From the NCBI GenBank assembly GCA_965218975.1, contig OZ244717.1:1248001-1312000 (forward strand): a stretch of 64,000 nucleotides of DNA, read 5' to 3'. Source of the DNA: Candidatus Oxydemutatoraceae bacterium. GTDB lineage: Bacteria; Pseudomonadota; Gammaproteobacteria; Poriferisulfidales; Oxydemutatoraceae. Shown here in pieces: positions 9,806 through 21,610 of the stretch. The notes below the pieces were generated by a model. It did no database searches. It saw nothing but the letters and a program-made list of their open reading frames with translations, and had not been told where the DNA came from. Each line of letters opens with the position of its first letter. The first letter of the stretch is position 1. A program made the translations under genes and the position numbers.

Positions 9806-11353
9806 ATGAAAGATAAAAGCAAACTAATTATTTTCGATACGACATTGCGCGATGGCGAGCAAAGCCCCGGTGCTTCAATGACAACCGAAGAGAAGCTACG
9901 TGTTGCTAAAATGTTGGAGCGAATGCGTGTAGACGTGATTGAAGCAGGTTTTCCGATTGCAAGCGGAGGAGATTTTGAAGCGGTTTGTCGAATCGCCGAG
10001 GAAATAAAAGACAGTAGAGTCTGCGGCCTTGCACGTGCATTAGATAAAGATATTGACAGTGCGGGACAGGCGTTGTCGGCAGCGGCGGCGCCTCGGATAC
10101 ATACCTTTATAGCAACATCAGATATTCATATGAAGAAAAAGCTCTGTATGACAAAGGAACAAGTGGTTGAGCGAGCGATTGCTTCTGTAAAAAAGGCAAG
10201 AAATTATACCGACGATGTGGAATTTTCCCCCGAAGATGCCGGACGCTCGGAAATTGATTTTCTATGCTATGTGATTGAAGCGGTGATTTCTGTCGGCGCG
10301 ACGACGATCAATATTCCGGATACGGTTGGCTACAGCATACCGGTGCAATTCGGCGCGATGATTAAAAATTTGATTGAGAAAGTGCCTAATTCCGACCGAG
10401 CTGTTTTTTCCGTGCATTGTCACAATGATTTAGGGCTAGCAGTTGCCAATTCTTTAGCAGCGGTTATGAACGGTGCACGTCAAGTCGAATGTACTATTAA
10501 CGGAATCGGAGAACGTGCCGGCAATGCCGCACTTGAGGAAGTTGTAATGTGTGTGAAAACGCGACAGGACATTTTTACTTGCGATACCAATATTGATACT
10601 CAGCATATTGTTTCGGCTTCCAAGTTAATTTCCAGTATCACCGGCTTCCCAGTGCAACCGAACAAAGCGGTGGTTGGTGCGAATGCGTTTGCGCATGAAT
10701 CGGGTATTCATCAGGATGGCGTTATTAAACAGCGTGAGACTTATGAGATTATGCGTGCCGAAGATGTTGGTTGGAATGAAAACCGTATTGTACTTGGCAA
10801 GCATTCGGGGAGACATGCTTTTCGGTTACGTCTTCAGGAATTAGGTATAGACCCCACAGATGAAGAGCTCAACAATATTTTCGTACGGTTTAAAGAGTTA
10901 GCAGATAAGAAACATGAAATTTATGATGAAGATTTACAAGCGCTTGTTTCAGAAGCAGGGTTTGACCGCGCATTTGAGCGTTATGATTTGGTTTCTATCA
11001 AAGTAACTGCGGAAACCGGTAAGACTCCCGATTCAACGGTGACATTGAGTATCAACGACAGAACACAAAGTTCAAGTGCTCCGGGAAGCGGCTCGGTTGA
11101 TGCAACATTCAAGGCAATTGAATCGTTGGTGGATAGTAACAGCGAATTGTTGCTTTATTCGGTTAATAACATCACGACCGGCACCGATTCGCAGGGAGAG
11201 GTTACCGTACGTCTGGGTAGAAACGGACGTATTGTTAATGGCTTAGGTGCTGATACTGATATTGTGATCGCTTCGGCGAAAGCTTATGTCAACGCATTAA
11301 ACAAATTAGAGAGCAATGTAAACCGAAGGCATCCCCAACGCGGTGATGTTTGA
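9806..11353 (+). CDS. leuA: 2-isopropylmalate synthase
   Basis: [38 protein letters not shown]; ATG 9806 preferred. Confidence 0.97.
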   Translation: MKDKSKLIIFDTTLRDGEQSPGASMTTEEKLRVAKMLERMRVDVIEAGFPIASGGDFEAVCRIAEEIKDSRVCGLARALDKDIDSAGQALSAAAAPRIHTFIATSDIHMKKKLCMTKEQVVERAIASVKKARNYTDDVEFSPEDAGRSEIDFLCYVIEAVISVGATTINIPDTVGYSIPVQFGAMIKNLIEKVPNSDRAVFSVHCHNDLGLAVANSLAAVMNGARQVECTINGIGERAGNAALEEVVMCVKTRQDIFTCDTNIDTQHIVSASKLISSITGFPVQPNKAVVGANAFAHESGIHQDGVIKQRETYEIMRAEDVGWNENRIVLGKHSGRHAFRLRLQELGIDPTDEELNNIFVRFKELADKKHEIYDEDLQALVSEAGFDRAFERYDLVSIKVTAETGKTPDSTVTLSINDRTQSSSAPGSGSVDATFKAIESLVDSNSELLLYSVNNITTGTDSQGEVTVRLGRNGRIVNGLGADTDIVIASAKAYVNALNKLESNVNRRHPQRGDV

Positions 11354-12071
11354 TTACTCTAAGAGGCGATTGCTTTATTTACATAAGATGGGTATTCCAT
11401 TTTATATCCGCAAAAACCTTACTTTGGCAGCTAAACAAAAGATACAGCCAATATCATCTTGGCAAGAACAAAGGCCAATGAATGATTCCGCGAAACAAGA
11501 CGGTTTACCTACGATATGGTTACAATTGTATTCGGAAATAAAGAAATGTACCAACTGCGCACTGCACCAGCGGCGCACTCAAGCGGTGCCCGGAGTCGGT
11601 GATATTCATGCCGACTGGATGCTCATAGGCGAAGCGCCAGGATTCGAAGAGGATAAAAAAGGCGAGCCGTTTGTCGGTCGCGCCGGACGGCTGCTAAATA
11701 AAATGCTGGCGGCAATCGGCCTTGATCGACGACAAGTATATATTACCAATGTTGTGAAGTGTCGCCCCCCGGAAAATCGCAACCCGCGTCCTGAAGAGAC
11801 GACTGCATGTGAAGATTATTTGCATCGGCAAATTCAAATGGTGAAGCCTAAAATTATTTTAGCGCTCGGCAGGATTGCTGCAAATGCATTATTAAATAGT
11901 AGCGCTCCGGTCGGGAAGTTACGCGGACGTGTTTATTATTATCAAGAATTAAAACTACCTATTGTGATCACTTATCATCCGGCATATCTGTTACGTTCTC
12001 CGCAGCAAAAACGCGCCGCATGGGATGACCTTAAGTTAGCGTGTAGGACAATCGGAATGGAAATATCATGA
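11343..12071 (+). CDS. Family 4 uracil-DNA glycosylase (Fe-S)
   Basis: [29 protein letters not shown] motifs. Confidence 0.93.
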   Translation: MMFDYSKRRLLYLHKMGIPFYIRKNLTLAAKQKIQPISSWQEQRPMNDSAKQDGLPTIWLQLYSEIKKCTNCALHQRRTQAVPGVGDIHADWMLIGEAPGFEEDKKGEPFVGRAGRLLNKMLAAIGLDRRQVYITNVVKCRPPENRNPRPEETTACEDYLHRQIQMVKPKIILALGRIAANALLNSSAPVGKLRGRVYYYQELKLPIVITYHPAYLLRSPQQKRAAWDDLKLACRTIGMEIS

Positions 12072-12556
12072 GTGCGCTAGCTAGGGATATTCATGTCAAA
12101 GTTCGGCGAATGGCGGCGGAGGATTTACCCGCGGTTATGGATATTGAGAGGCGCGGTTATGAGTTTCATTGGAGCACGATTAACTTCAAAGAATGTTTGA
12201 CAACAGCTTGTGAGAGTATCGTTTTATTGTTAAATGATGAGATTATCGGTTACGGTATTATGATGATTGCGGTTGACGAATGTCATATTCTGAATGTATG
12301 TATTGATCCTGATTTTCAAAGGCAAGGTTATGGTTGCGCGCTATTACAAGAAATGATTGTGCATGCGATCGTTCTAGGCGCCGAATATGCGATTCTTGAA
12401 GTACGCTCGTCTAATATGCCCGCAATTAGCATGTATCAGTCTGAAGGCTTTGAACAAATCGGGTTGCGCCGCAAATACTATCCTGATTATGAAGGACGTG
12501 AAGATGCGTTGGTTTTTATGCGTCAATTGAAACCTTTATACGGAATGGAAGATTAA
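12068..12556 (+). CDS. rimI: Ribosomal protein S18 N-acetyltransferase
   Basis: GNAT motif QRQGYG, LEVRSSN, RRKYY, EDA. Confidence 0.92.
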   Translation: MSALARDIHVKVRRMAAEDLPAVMDIERRGYEFHWSTINFKECLTTACESIVLLLNDEIIGYGIMMIAVDECHILNVCIDPDFQRQGYGCALLQEMIVHAIVLGAEYAILEVRSSNMPAISMYQSEGFEQIGLRRKYYPDYEGREDALVFMRQLKPLYGMED

Positions 12557-12584
12557 CCAAAAAAAGAAAATTCTAGCATGGGCA

Positions 12585-13793
12585 ATGTACGACTGGGCAA
12601 ATTCAGCATTTGCCGTCGTTGTCCTATCGGGTTTTTTCCCCATTCTATATCGAGATTACTGGGCTGAGTCGCTTGCAAGCAAGGATGTTACCACCTCGTT
12701 GGCTATCGCGAATTCAACCAGTGGTATTCTGTTGATGCTGCTGTCGGTTTTCTTGGGTGCGATTGCTGATGTCGGCAATCGACAAAAACTTTTTTTAATC
12801 GTATGGATGAGTATAGGTGTTGGCGGCACGTTTGCGTTGGGAGCTGTGGCCGCCGGCGAGTGGATGTTAGTGCTAATTGTGTATGCGGTAGCAACCCTGT
12901 CGTTTATGATCGGCAATATATTTTATGACGCGATGATTGTTGATGTGAGCATTCCCGCGGAACGAGAACGGGTTTCATCGCTAGGTTATGCCGTGGGTTA
13001 TTTAGGAGGTGGTTTGTTGCTTGCCGGGATGAGTGCGCTTGTTTTATTCGCTGATCAAGTCGGTTTTTCAAGCGGAAAAAACGGACAAGTTTCGGCGATG
13101 CGCCTGAGTTTTTATGTAACAGGAATCTGGTGGTTGGTATTCACTCTGCCGTTAATTTTATTTATCCCAAATCGGAGACGAACCAGGATTGATTTCAAAG
13201 CGGCAGTGCATCGTTTTTTAAGCACCTTCCGCCTGCTTTCCGGACATTCAAATACCAAATGGTTTTTGCTCGCTTATTGGTTGTATATCGACGGCGTTGA
13301 TACTGTAATTCGGATGGCGGTTGATTACGGCAAAGTACTAGGTTTTTCATCCGGAGATTTAATTACCGCTCTATTGCTCGTACAATTTATCGGATTTCCG
13401 GGAACTTTGATATTCGGATTGATCGCTGAAAAAATTGGCGCTAAGCGCGCTGTTTTGTTCGCCGTCATTGGGTATGTAGGGATCTGCTTTTTTGGAGCTC
13501 TGGTTAAATCGTTAACCGGGTTTTATATGTTAGCGATAATGATTGCCCTCTTACAAGGCGGGATACAAGCGCAAAGCCGTTCGATTTTTTCAAAGTTGAT
13601 ACCGGTTAAAAATGCCGCTCAATTTTTCGGCCTATATAATTTGCTGGGGAGGTTTTCGGTAGTGGTCGGTCCTCTGCTGCTGAGTTTGGTCGGTGCGCTA
13701 ACGGACAATCCGCGTTTGGGTATTCTGTCGATTGTAGTGCTGTTTATTTTGGGAGGAATAATACTGTCACGTGTATCGGAGGCAAAAATTTAA
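12585..13793 (+). CDS. MFS transporter (UMF1/Atg22-like)
   Basis: MYDWANSAF, GYAVGYLGG, YWLYIDGV, SRS motifs; multiple TM segments. Confidence 0.88.
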   Translation: MYDWANSAFAVVVLSGFFPILYRDYWAESLASKDVTTSLAIANSTSGILLMLLSVFLGAIADVGNRQKLFLIVWMSIGVGGTFALGAVAAGEWMLVLIVYAVATLSFMIGNIFYDAMIVDVSIPAERERVSSLGYAVGYLGGGLLLAGMSALVLFADQVGFSSGKNGQVSAMRLSFYVTGIWWLVFTLPLILFIPNRRRTRIDFKAAVHRFLSTFRLLSGHSNTKWFLLAYWLYIDGVDTVIRMAVDYGKVLGFSSGDLITALLLVQFIGFPGTLIFGLIAEKIGAKRAVLFAVIGYVGICFFGALVKSLTGFYMLAIMIALLQGGIQAQSRSIFSKLIPVKNAAQFFGLYNLLGRFSVVVGPLLLSLVGALTDNPRLGILSIVVLFILGGIILSRVSEAKI

Positions 13794-13882
13794 GATCGAA
13801 TAATGAATTACCTTGAGCCTAGTTTAAAATAAGTCTGTGTAGCACTCGTTTGAATTTGCCTAAGCTTGCTAAGATCGATGGT

Positions 13883-16576
13883 TTACGTGTTTACGTTCGA
13901 TAAATTGTTCCACATACTTCGCCGGCAGATTCCGGAATAGTTGCAATACCGACAAACTTTGTCAGTCGCCCAGGCGGGCAATGGAGCCTCCGAGTGATAG
14001 TCGTCAAACCAGTTGAGTAAGCGTTCCATATGCTGTTTGCGTAGAGTTTGCAAATTTTCATCTTTATAATTGCTTACTTTAATTTGTGTATTTGCGATTT
14101 CACAGTAGGAAACACTTTCGATATCGTCGGACAGTAGCGCATATAAGCCGATTTGTACGTCTTCACCGCTTGCAATTTTGTTCTTGCTCGGCAGTTTGCC
14201 ACTTTTGTAGTCAAGGATATGTTTTTGCCCTTGTGTGTCTTCCACCATACAGTCCAAACGGCCGTAGATAGTAAATTTCTCGTTAATCGCTTGTTCAATT
14301 TCCTGTTCCATCCGGAATGTTTCCCGGATGAATTTTTTTTCAACCAGCCATTCGACGTATCGTTCCAGTGCGGCTTGCGCTTGGCGCATATCCCACATCG
14401 CGGCATAATGTTTTGCGGCGGCATCGGAAAAATGTGCCGTAACAATTTCTGCAACAAGTTTTTTTGCGTAATTGAGATGCTTTTCATCCCAAGGCTTATC
14501 CATTGGTCCCGGCAGCTGCGGATTTTTCTGATGTAGCGCGGCAATGCAAGTGTGTAAATGCCTGCCGTATACGGTTCGAGCATCGTATGTGGCAGGTTCC
14601 GTACTTTCTCTGATTGCAAGACAATAGCGAGCAAAAAATTGGTAGGGGCATGCGACTGCACTTTTATATGCGCTTGCTGATATTTTACTCGGCCACAAAT
14701 TTCTCGGTGCATTCGGTTGCGGTTGCTGCATGATGCTAGGTTTGGAAATTAATGCGGCTGTTTCATTGTAAAGCGTGTCCGCGCTAAAGTTGACTTCAAG
14801 TGTTCGACCATAAGTCAATTGATGGAAATTTTGCAGTTCTTCCGGCCAAGGAGCGGGGATTAATGTTTGCCCGTTTTCTGATACTTGACAAGTAAGCAAT
14901 ACTTTTCGCGCGCGCTGAATCAGTCTCTGAAATCGCAATGTGATTAATTCCGAATAAAATTTTCTGGTTTTAATTCCGAGTTGTTCGCGACTGAAGTCGT
15001 TTAGCGCGATGCCGGCAGTCGGTTGTACGTGACGTTTATCCAAAGCAGCGATGATCAGAGCTTCACTAGCGACTAAAGGCGATTGATTAAAGTTGTACAG
15101 CCTAATACCGCTGCCGGGATTCGGCGGAGTGAAGTCTTGCTTTTCAAGTCGGTGCATTAACCAACTACGCCATAATTGCCAGTCGCCCATTATAGTTTCT
15201 TGATCGGCAATATCGTGCATAGCATCAATTTCCTGACTTAGTTTTTTACCCGCAACATCTTGTAAAAGTGATGTATGCATTCCTAGCGCTTGTGTTGTGT
15301 GGTTAAGCGTAATGAAGAAATTGCTCAAAGGCTGCTGTTGTGTTTGTCGACATAATGCTTGTAATGGTTGTAAAGTATCGTTGATATGTGCGGTTATAGT
15401 GCGCAACTGCCGGCTTGTTTTCTGATGAGACAGAATAAACCGTTGCAGTTCGGTGAAGGTCTCCAGTACTTTTGAGGTGCTATTCATCAATCGATGAATT
15501 TCACCAACACATTTTTGCAGAGTTTCAAGCGTATAATTGTATCGGCAGTAAGGGGAGCGTATTAGGTTTAATAAGGTTCGAGGAGGAAAGCCGGTTTCTG
15601 CGGGGGGTATTAACAGAAACAGAGCTGCCGCACTGCTGGTTGTTGATAGCGCCCAGCCGACATAGTCATAAACGTTGATACCTTTTCTTTCTAATAATGC
15701 ACGGAGTCTGCGCGCAAGTTTTCGGTCTTGCGTCACGACAGCGATATCCTGTATCCCTTCGTTTAACCAATTAGTAATTTGGACTTGGATACCGGTAGCA
15801 TGTAGCTCAAGATTATCGGGCTTAAAAATTCGGACCCGTTCTTCCAACGGACTTTGGGGTAGCGTAATGCGACAATGATTGACAATCTCATTGAGAGATT
15901 GCGTTTCTTGTCCCCAAGCAAAGTTGAGCGCTCGTGCGAACGGCGGGGCTGCCGTATCTTCTTTCTCGGCAAACAAAGGTGGGGCGTATTCAATCCGAAT
16001 TAATTTTCCGGCCTCCTGCAATCGTTGTGCCCAGTCTTCTTCGCTGGGTGTTAGCAGGTCAAAGCCACACAGAAAAACCTCTTCGTTGTCCTGAGTCATT
16101 AGATTGTGTTCCAATGCTTGTTGATATAAATTATGTTCGGTTGGAATATCAGAGATTTCCCGGTGCCAACGAGCGTAAATATTTCCGAGTAATGCGGCTT
16201 CGTCCGTTAATGCTTGCTCTTTATTAGTAATAGATTCTTGTTGATTAATTTCTTCAAACAAGCTGAGCAAAGCATCGCTAATTTTCCAACAAACTGCTCC
16301 CGGAAACAAATCACGGTTGTCATTTAGCGCAGCGCTAAGCAGAAGTTGGCAATGTGCTTCGGATAAATAATGAGTTTGCTTATTTCGCGTAAGAAATAAT
16401 TTTTTCGGCGTAGTGATGATGGGAGGAATTAATGCCGGCAATTTTGCGGCATTCAATAAAGCCTGTCGCATTGCCGGAGCGTGCATTTCATGCGGCAGTA
16501 GAATAATAACCAAGTTTAATAACGGGAGTCGAGATTGATGGCGACGAACAACTTCAGCGGCGCAAACATCCAACAA
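13883..16576 (-). CDS. addB: AddB-like PD-(D/E)XK nuclease subunit with Fe-S staple
   Basis: DRKLARRLRALL, CPYQFF, GRLD, LDYKSG, Q...Y, CRYC..SGIC. Confidence 0.8.
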   Translation of the reverse strand: MLDVCAAEVVRRHQSRLPLLNLVIILLPHEMHAPAMRQALLNAAKLPALIPPIITTPKKLFLTRNKQTHYLSEAHCQLLLSAALNDNRDLFPGAVCWKISDALLSLFEEINQQESITNKEQALTDEAALLGNIYARWHREISDIPTEHNLYQQALEHNLMTQDNEEVFLCGFDLLTPSEEDWAQRLQEAGKLIRIEYAPPLFAEKEDTAAPPFARALNFAWGQETQSLNEIVNHCRITLPQSPLEERVRIFKPDNLELHATGIQVQITNWLNEGIQDIAVVTQDRKLARRLRALLERKGINVYDYVGWALSTTSSAAALFLLIPPAETGFPPRTLLNLIRSPYCRYNYTLETLQKCVGEIHRLMNSTSKVLETFTELQRFILSHQKTSRQLRTITAHINDTLQPLQALCRQTQQQPLSNFFITLNHTTQALGMHTSLLQDVAGKKLSQEIDAMHDIADQETIMGDWQLWRSWLMHRLEKQDFTPPNPGSGIRLYNFNQSPLVASEALIIAALDKRHVQPTAGIALNDFSREQLGIKTRKFYSELITLRFQRLIQRARKVLLTCQVSENGQTLIPAPWPEELQNFHQLTYGRTLEVNFSADTLYNETAALISKPSIMQQPQPNAPRNLWPSKISASAYKSAVACPYQFFARYCLAIRESTEPATYDARTVYGRHLHTCIAALHQKNPQLPGPMDKPWDEKHLNYAKKLVAEIVTAHFSDAAAKHYAAMWDMRQAQAALERYVEWLVEKKFIRETFRMEQEIEQAINEKFTIYGRLDCMVEDTQGQKHILDYKSGKLPSKNKIASGEDVQIGLYALLSDDIESVSYCEIANTQIKVSNYKDENLQTLRKQHMERLLNWFDDYHSEAPLPAWATDKVCRYCNYSGICRRSMWNNLSNVNT

Positions 16577-16611
16577 GTTATAATGACAGGGAACTGAGAG
16601 ATTAGGCGTGT

Positions 16612-16935
16612 TCAGCGTTCTAATAGTTCAATTTTATTTTCTTTGTCCGCCCAATCGTCGGCGTCCGGCGGCGGGTCCTTCTTAACTGTGATAACCGGCC
16701 ATTGTAACGAAAGTTCCGCGTTCAATTTAAGAAAAAATTGTTTCTCCTCGCTTAATTCATCTTCGGCAACTATGGCATCAACCGGACACTCCGGAACGCA
16801 TAAAGTGCAATCGATGCACTCCTCCGGATCAATGGCAAGAAAATTTGGGCCTTCGTGAAAGCAATCAACCGGGCAAACCTCCACGCAATCGGTATATTTG
16901 CACTTGATGCATTTGTCGGTAACGACGTAACTCAT
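16612..16935 (-). CDS. fdxA: 7Fe ferredoxin (FdI type)
   Basis: [17 protein letters not shown] and [13 protein letters not shown]. Confidence 0.95.
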   Translation of the reverse strand: MSYVVTDKCIKCKYTDCVEVCPVDCFHEGPNFLAIDPEECIDCTLCVPECPVDAIVAEDELSEEKQFFLKLNAELSLQWPVITVKKDPPPDADDWADKENKIELLER

Positions 16936-17628
16936 TCGTATATTTCTCGGATAAGGGAAATGAATGTTACTTTATACCTTTCATACGATATGCAGGTGAT
17001 TTGACTATGGATAGTATCGAATGAGCCAAATGAATTCAAAGTAATACTCTCAATGTTGTATCAATGTTGTATCAATGCCGACAATCAAAACGGCAGCAAA
17101 CACCGTATGCCGCATTTACACTTTTCAGCTTCCGCTATTTTAACCTCAAAATTTACTAGTCCGTCCGATACTCGGTTTTTTAATCCGTCGTATCTGTTTT
17201 AATGCCGATAACATCCTGTAGCGCTTCAATTTCAAAAGTTTCTTATGCATTGGCAGATTTGCGCTTTATATAACAGAACGCTCATGATTATATTTTCCTT
17301 CAATTAGGTTGAAAAATAAAGTGCTATGGGTCCGCCACCTATTGCATGTTGTATTATGGAATAACAGATTGAATCCGTAAACCTGCCCTTGCCTAGCCGG
17401 CAAACTCCAGACGTAATCAACGGGTCCGCTAGGATTACTTCCGGCAATCACTTGCGATATCGCTTACGGCAAAATACGATAGATACTATAGAGTGGCAAT
17501 AGTGTCATGTGTGGTGGAAGTAGTATAAGGAAGAAAGAATGATGGCGATGATGATATGGGGGTTTTGCGGCGAAGTGAGTTTCCCAAACTCCAATTATGC
17601 GCATTTACTCCTATAGAATAGTAAATTT

Positions 17629-18252
17629 ATGGCACAGAGTAAAAGCAGTGCGCGGTGGTTGCGAAGGCAATCGAACGATTATTATGTAAAGCAAGCTCAG
17701 CGGCAAGGTTGGCGTTCGCGCGCGGTAACCAAATTACAGCAAATTGATGAGCGGTATCATTTACTATATCCGGAGATGCGGATACTTGATTTGGGTGCGG
17801 CGCCTGGTAGCTGGAGTCAGTATTTTGCTGCGCGGGTTCGTCGAGGGAAAATTTTCGCGGTAGATATTTTGCCGACAAAGGCAATTCCCGGGGTGTTTTT
17901 CGTGCAGAGTGATATTGCCGATGCTAGATTATCGGAACAGATGATTAGTTTTTTTAATCATCAAAAAATTGACCTTGTCGCTTCCGATATTGCCCCAAAC
18001 ATAACGGGTATTAGTTCGGTAGATATGCCGAAGATTCTGCATTTGGCGGAGTTAGCGCTAGAGATTGCAAGTGAAATGCTGGAACGTAAAGGTTTTTTTC
18101 TAGTAAAAGTTTTTCAAGGACGGGGATTTGAAGAATATTTGCAACAAGTAAAGCATTGCTTTATTAAAGTACAAACTTGTAAGCCGGCAGCTTCAAGGTC
18201 TACAAGTAAGGAAGTATACATTCTGGGAAAATGCCTAAAAAGCGCCGGTTAA
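17629..18252 (+). CDS. rlmE: 23S rRNA U2552 2'-O-methyltransferase
   Basis: RSRA..KL, DLGAAPGSWSQ, SDIAPN, KP.ASR..S.E; upstream of ftsH. Confidence 0.96.
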   Translation: MAQSKSSARWLRRQSNDYYVKQAQRQGWRSRAVTKLQQIDERYHLLYPEMRILDLGAAPGSWSQYFAARVRRGKIFAVDILPTKAIPGVFFVQSDIADARLSEQMISFFNHQKIDLVASDIAPNITGISSVDMPKILHLAELALEIASEMLERKGFFLVKVFQGRGFEEYLQQVKHCFIKVQTCKPAASRSTSKEVYILGKCLKSAG

Positions 18253-18307
18253 TGTTATACTTTCCGATAGAGCGCAATGTTCTACTAGAAAGATAGAGGA
18301 ATGATAG

Positions 18308-20242
18308 ATGAGCGATTTGTTGAAAAATTTGATTCTATGGGCTGTCATTGGAGTCGTGCTCATGACGCTGTTCAACAAATTTATGACACCCGAAGAAAAA
18401 GCAACGTATGTGACTTATTCGCAATTCGTTGAAGACGTTCGAGAGAATCGAGTACGTAGTGTTGTAATTGAATCGGACAACCGCACGATTAACGGTTACT
18501 ACACAACCAGCGAGATGTTTACCACATTTAATCCGGGCGATGCTGACTTGGTAAACGACTTATTAAACTCTAATGTTGAAATCAGAACAGTCCCTGAAGA
18601 GGGGCGTTCCTTATTAGTAGATATTTTAATTAGTTGGTTCCCAATGTTGTTATTGATAGGTTTGTGGATTTTCTTTATGCGCCAGATGCAGGGTGCCGGC
18701 GGTGGACGCGGCGCCATGTCCTTTGGCAAAAGTAAAGCGCGATTGATGGGCGAGGATCAGATTAAAGTAACTTTCAAAGATGTTGCCGGCGTTGAAGAGG
18801 CGAAGGAGGAGGTTGGTGAATTAGTTGAGTTTCTAAAAGATCCCGGCAAGTTTCAGAAGCTAGGTGGCAGGATTCCAAAAGGCGTATTGATGGTCGGACC
18901 GCCGGGTACCGGCAAGACATTGCTTGCTAAAGCAATTGCCGGCGAAGCCAAAGTAGCTTTTTTCTCAATTTCCGGCTCTGATTTTGTTGAGATGTTTGTC
19001 GGTGTCGGAGCTTCTCGCGTGCGGGATATGTTTATGCAAGCGAAGAAGCATGCCCCATGTATTATTTTTATCGACGAAATCGACGCAGTCGGTCGTCATC
19101 GTGGCGCCGGGCTTGGCGGCGGACATGACGAACGTGAGCAAACGTTGAATCAACTGCTAGTTGAGATGGATGGCTTTGAGGGACATGAAGGCATTATTGT
19201 GATTGCGGCGACCAATCGCCCTGATGTTTTGGACCCTGCCTTACTTCGTCCCGGCCGTTTTGATCGTCAGGTAGTTGTTCCATTGCCGGATATTCGCGGG
19301 CGTGAACGGATTTTGAAAGTACACATGCGCAAAGTGCCGTGCCATGATGATGTTTGTCCTGATTTGTTGGCGCGTGGCACTCCCGGTTTTTCCGGAGCCG
19401 ACTTGTCGAATTTGGTGAATGAAGCGGCATTGTTTGCGGCGCGCGCTAATCGTCGTACAGTGTCAATGCGGGAGTTTGAAAAAGCTAAAGATAAAATTAT
19501 CATGGGCGCCGAACGCAAGTCGCTTGTTATGAGTGAGGAGGAAAAAGAATTGACCGCTTATCACGAGTCAGGGCATGCAATTGTCGGAAGATTAACCCCT
19601 CAGCATGATCCGGTTTATAAAGTGACTATCATTCCGCGTGGTAGAGCGTTAGGAGTCACGATGTTTCTGCCGGAAGATGACAAGCACAGCTATAGCAGGC
19701 AAAAATTAGAGAGTCAGATTTCTAGTTTGTTTGGCGGCAGAGTCGCTGAAGAGTTGATATTCGGTGATGATTCGGTTACGACCGGTGCATCCAACGACAT
19801 TGAACGAGCGACCGATATTGCTCGCAATATGGTAACTCGTTGGGGACTTTCCGAACGCTTGGGCCCTTTATCCTATAGTGAAGAAGAAGGACACCCGTTC
19901 CTTGGGCATTCAATGGCACAACAGGGGACACAGTTGTCGGATGAAACCGCGTCGGAAATCGATAAAGAAATTCGTGCGATTATTGATCGCAACTATCAGC
20001 GTACACGCGAAATCTTGGAAGAAAATATGGAAAAGCTGCATCTAATGGCAAAAGCGTTGATCAAATATGAAACGATTGATAAGGGACAGATTGACGATAT
20101 TATGGCAGGCAAGGAACCGAAACCTCCGAAAGATTGGTCCGAAGATGACAGAAATAATTCCGGTACAAGCGCCGATGTTGCCGATGAAAGTGAGGACCAT
20201 GCGCCCGACAGTGAATTGGGCGACCCGGCCGGTCAACACTAA
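18308..20242 (+). CDS. ftsH: ATP-dependent zinc metalloprotease FtsH
   Basis: [25 protein letters not shown]. Confidence 0.98.
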   Translation: MSDLLKNLILWAVIGVVLMTLFNKFMTPEEKATYVTYSQFVEDVRENRVRSVVIESDNRTINGYYTTSEMFTTFNPGDADLVNDLLNSNVEIRTVPEEGRSLLVDILISWFPMLLLIGLWIFFMRQMQGAGGGRGAMSFGKSKARLMGEDQIKVTFKDVAGVEEAKEEVGELVEFLKDPGKFQKLGGRIPKGVLMVGPPGTGKTLLAKAIAGEAKVAFFSISGSDFVEMFVGVGASRVRDMFMQAKKHAPCIIFIDEIDAVGRHRGAGLGGGHDEREQTLNQLLVEMDGFEGHEGIIVIAATNRPDVLDPALLRPGRFDRQVVVPLPDIRGRERILKVHMRKVPCHDDVCPDLLARGTPGFSGADLSNLVNEAALFAARANRRTVSMREFEKAKDKIIMGAERKSLVMSEEEKELTAYHESGHAIVGRLTPQHDPVYKVTIIPRGRALGVTMFLPEDDKHSYSRQKLESQISSLFGGRVAEELIFGDDSVTTGASNDIERATDIARNMVTRWGLSERLGPLSYSEEEGHPFLGHSMAQQGTQLSDETASEIDKEIRAIIDRNYQRTREILEENMEKLHLMAKALIKYETIDKGQIDDIMAGKEPKPPKDWSEDDRNNSGTSADVADESEDHAPDSELGDPAGQH

Positions 20243-20275
20243 AGCACGAATATTTACAATCCGTAGATAAAAATC

Positions 20276-21592
20276 TTGGAACGTTATTTTGGCACTGACG
20301 GTATACGTGCACGTGTCGGCGATGAACCAATGACTCCGGAAACGGTACTCAAGTTTGGTTGGGCCGCCGGTCGTGCACTGTGTCGCGGCAAAGCAAAGGC
20401 GCTGATCGGTAAAGACACGCGCATTTCCGGCTATATGTTTGAGTCTGCGCTTGAAGCGGGATTATCTGCTGCCGGAGTTGACGTACATTTACTAGGTCCT
20501 TTGTCTACTCCGGGAGTCGCTTATCTAACACTTGCATTGAAAGCTGATCTTGGATTCATTATTAGTGCATCACATAATCTTTACTACGATAATGGCATTA
20601 AGCTATTTTCCGCACAGGGAACAAAATTGTCGGATGAGGAAGAAACGAGAGTTGTTGACCAAATGCGTCAGTCGTTACAGATTGGCGACCAATTAGGCAA
20701 GGCCTATCGTGTCAATGATGCGGTCGGGCGCTATACGGAGTTTTGCAAAGGAACGATTCGCCGAGGAATCAGTTTCAAAGGATTGCGCATTGCTATAGAT
20801 TGCGCACATGGCGCCGCTTATACTGTTGCGCCTCAAGTATTTTCCGAACTTGGCGCGACTGTATTTCCAATCGGTATCAACCCGGATGGGTTTAATATCA
20901 ATGCGGATGTCGGAACGCTGCATCCTGATACTTTACGACAAACGGTACTGGAAAATAACGCGGACGTCGGAATTGCGCTGGATGGTGACGGTGATCGTTT
21001 GATTCTGGTTGACGATAAAGGCGATGCCGTTGACGGTGATGAAATTTTGATGATTATCGCTGCGCACCGGCTGAAAAAAGAAGATTTGTATGGAGTGGTT
21101 GGAACTCAAATGAGCAATATTGGTTTAGAGCGCAGTTTAACTGAATGCGGAATCGTATTTGAACGTACGCAAGTGGGTGATCGTTATGTGATGGAGCGGT
21201 TACTAGAAAAAGGTTGGCAGCTTGGCGGCGAAACATCCGGACATGTTATTTGTTTGGATAAACTACCGACCGGTGATGGCATTATCGCCGCTTTACAGGT
21301 GATTCAAGCGCTAATCGACGAAGAGACATGTTTATCGTCCGCTAGAAAACTCATGAAAAAGTATCCGCAGAAATTAGTAAATATGTCGTGCCATGCAACG
21401 TTCCGTTCGGATATGCCGGAACTCACTCGAGTAACGCAGGCGGCATTGAATGCGCTGGGCGATTATGGCAGAGTTGTAGTTAGGCCTTCCGGTACGGAAC
21501 CATTAGTCCGTATTATGGTTGAAGCGGAGTCCTTTAGCGATTGTGAGAAGTGGGCGCAGGAAATCGCGCAGGTGGTCAAGCAATTGGCCTAG
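20276..21592 (+). CDS. glmM: Phosphoglucosamine mutase
   Basis: YFGTDGIR, SASHN, DGDGDR, RPSGTEP. Confidence 0.96.
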   Translation: MERYFGTDGIRARVGDEPMTPETVLKFGWAAGRALCRGKAKALIGKDTRISGYMFESALEAGLSAAGVDVHLLGPLSTPGVAYLTLALKADLGFIISASHNLYYDNGIKLFSAQGTKLSDEEETRVVDQMRQSLQIGDQLGKAYRVNDAVGRYTEFCKGTIRRGISFKGLRIAIDCAHGAAYTVAPQVFSELGATVFPIGINPDGFNINADVGTLHPDTLRQTVLENNADVGIALDGDGDRLILVDDKGDAVDGDEILMIIAAHRLKKEDLYGVVGTQMSNIGLERSLTECGIVFERTQVGDRYVMERLLEKGWQLGGETSGHVICLDKLPTGDGIIAALQVIQALIDEETCLSSARKLMKKYPQKLVNMSCHATFRSDMPELTRVTQAALNALGDYGRVVVRPSGTEPLVRIMVEAESFSDCEKWAQEIAQVVKQLA

Positions 21593-21610
21593 AAGTTATA
21601 ACCGAGCAAT

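Noticed and set aside
17051-17076. 11-bp tandem repeat CAATGTTGTAT
   Set aside because: Two and a half copies in intergenic DNA; consistent with simple slippage.
17266-17451. Small ORF or tRNA-like 3' end (AATCCTAGCGGACCCG on minus strand)
   Set aside because: No GTTC T-loop or cloverleaf and no protein motif.
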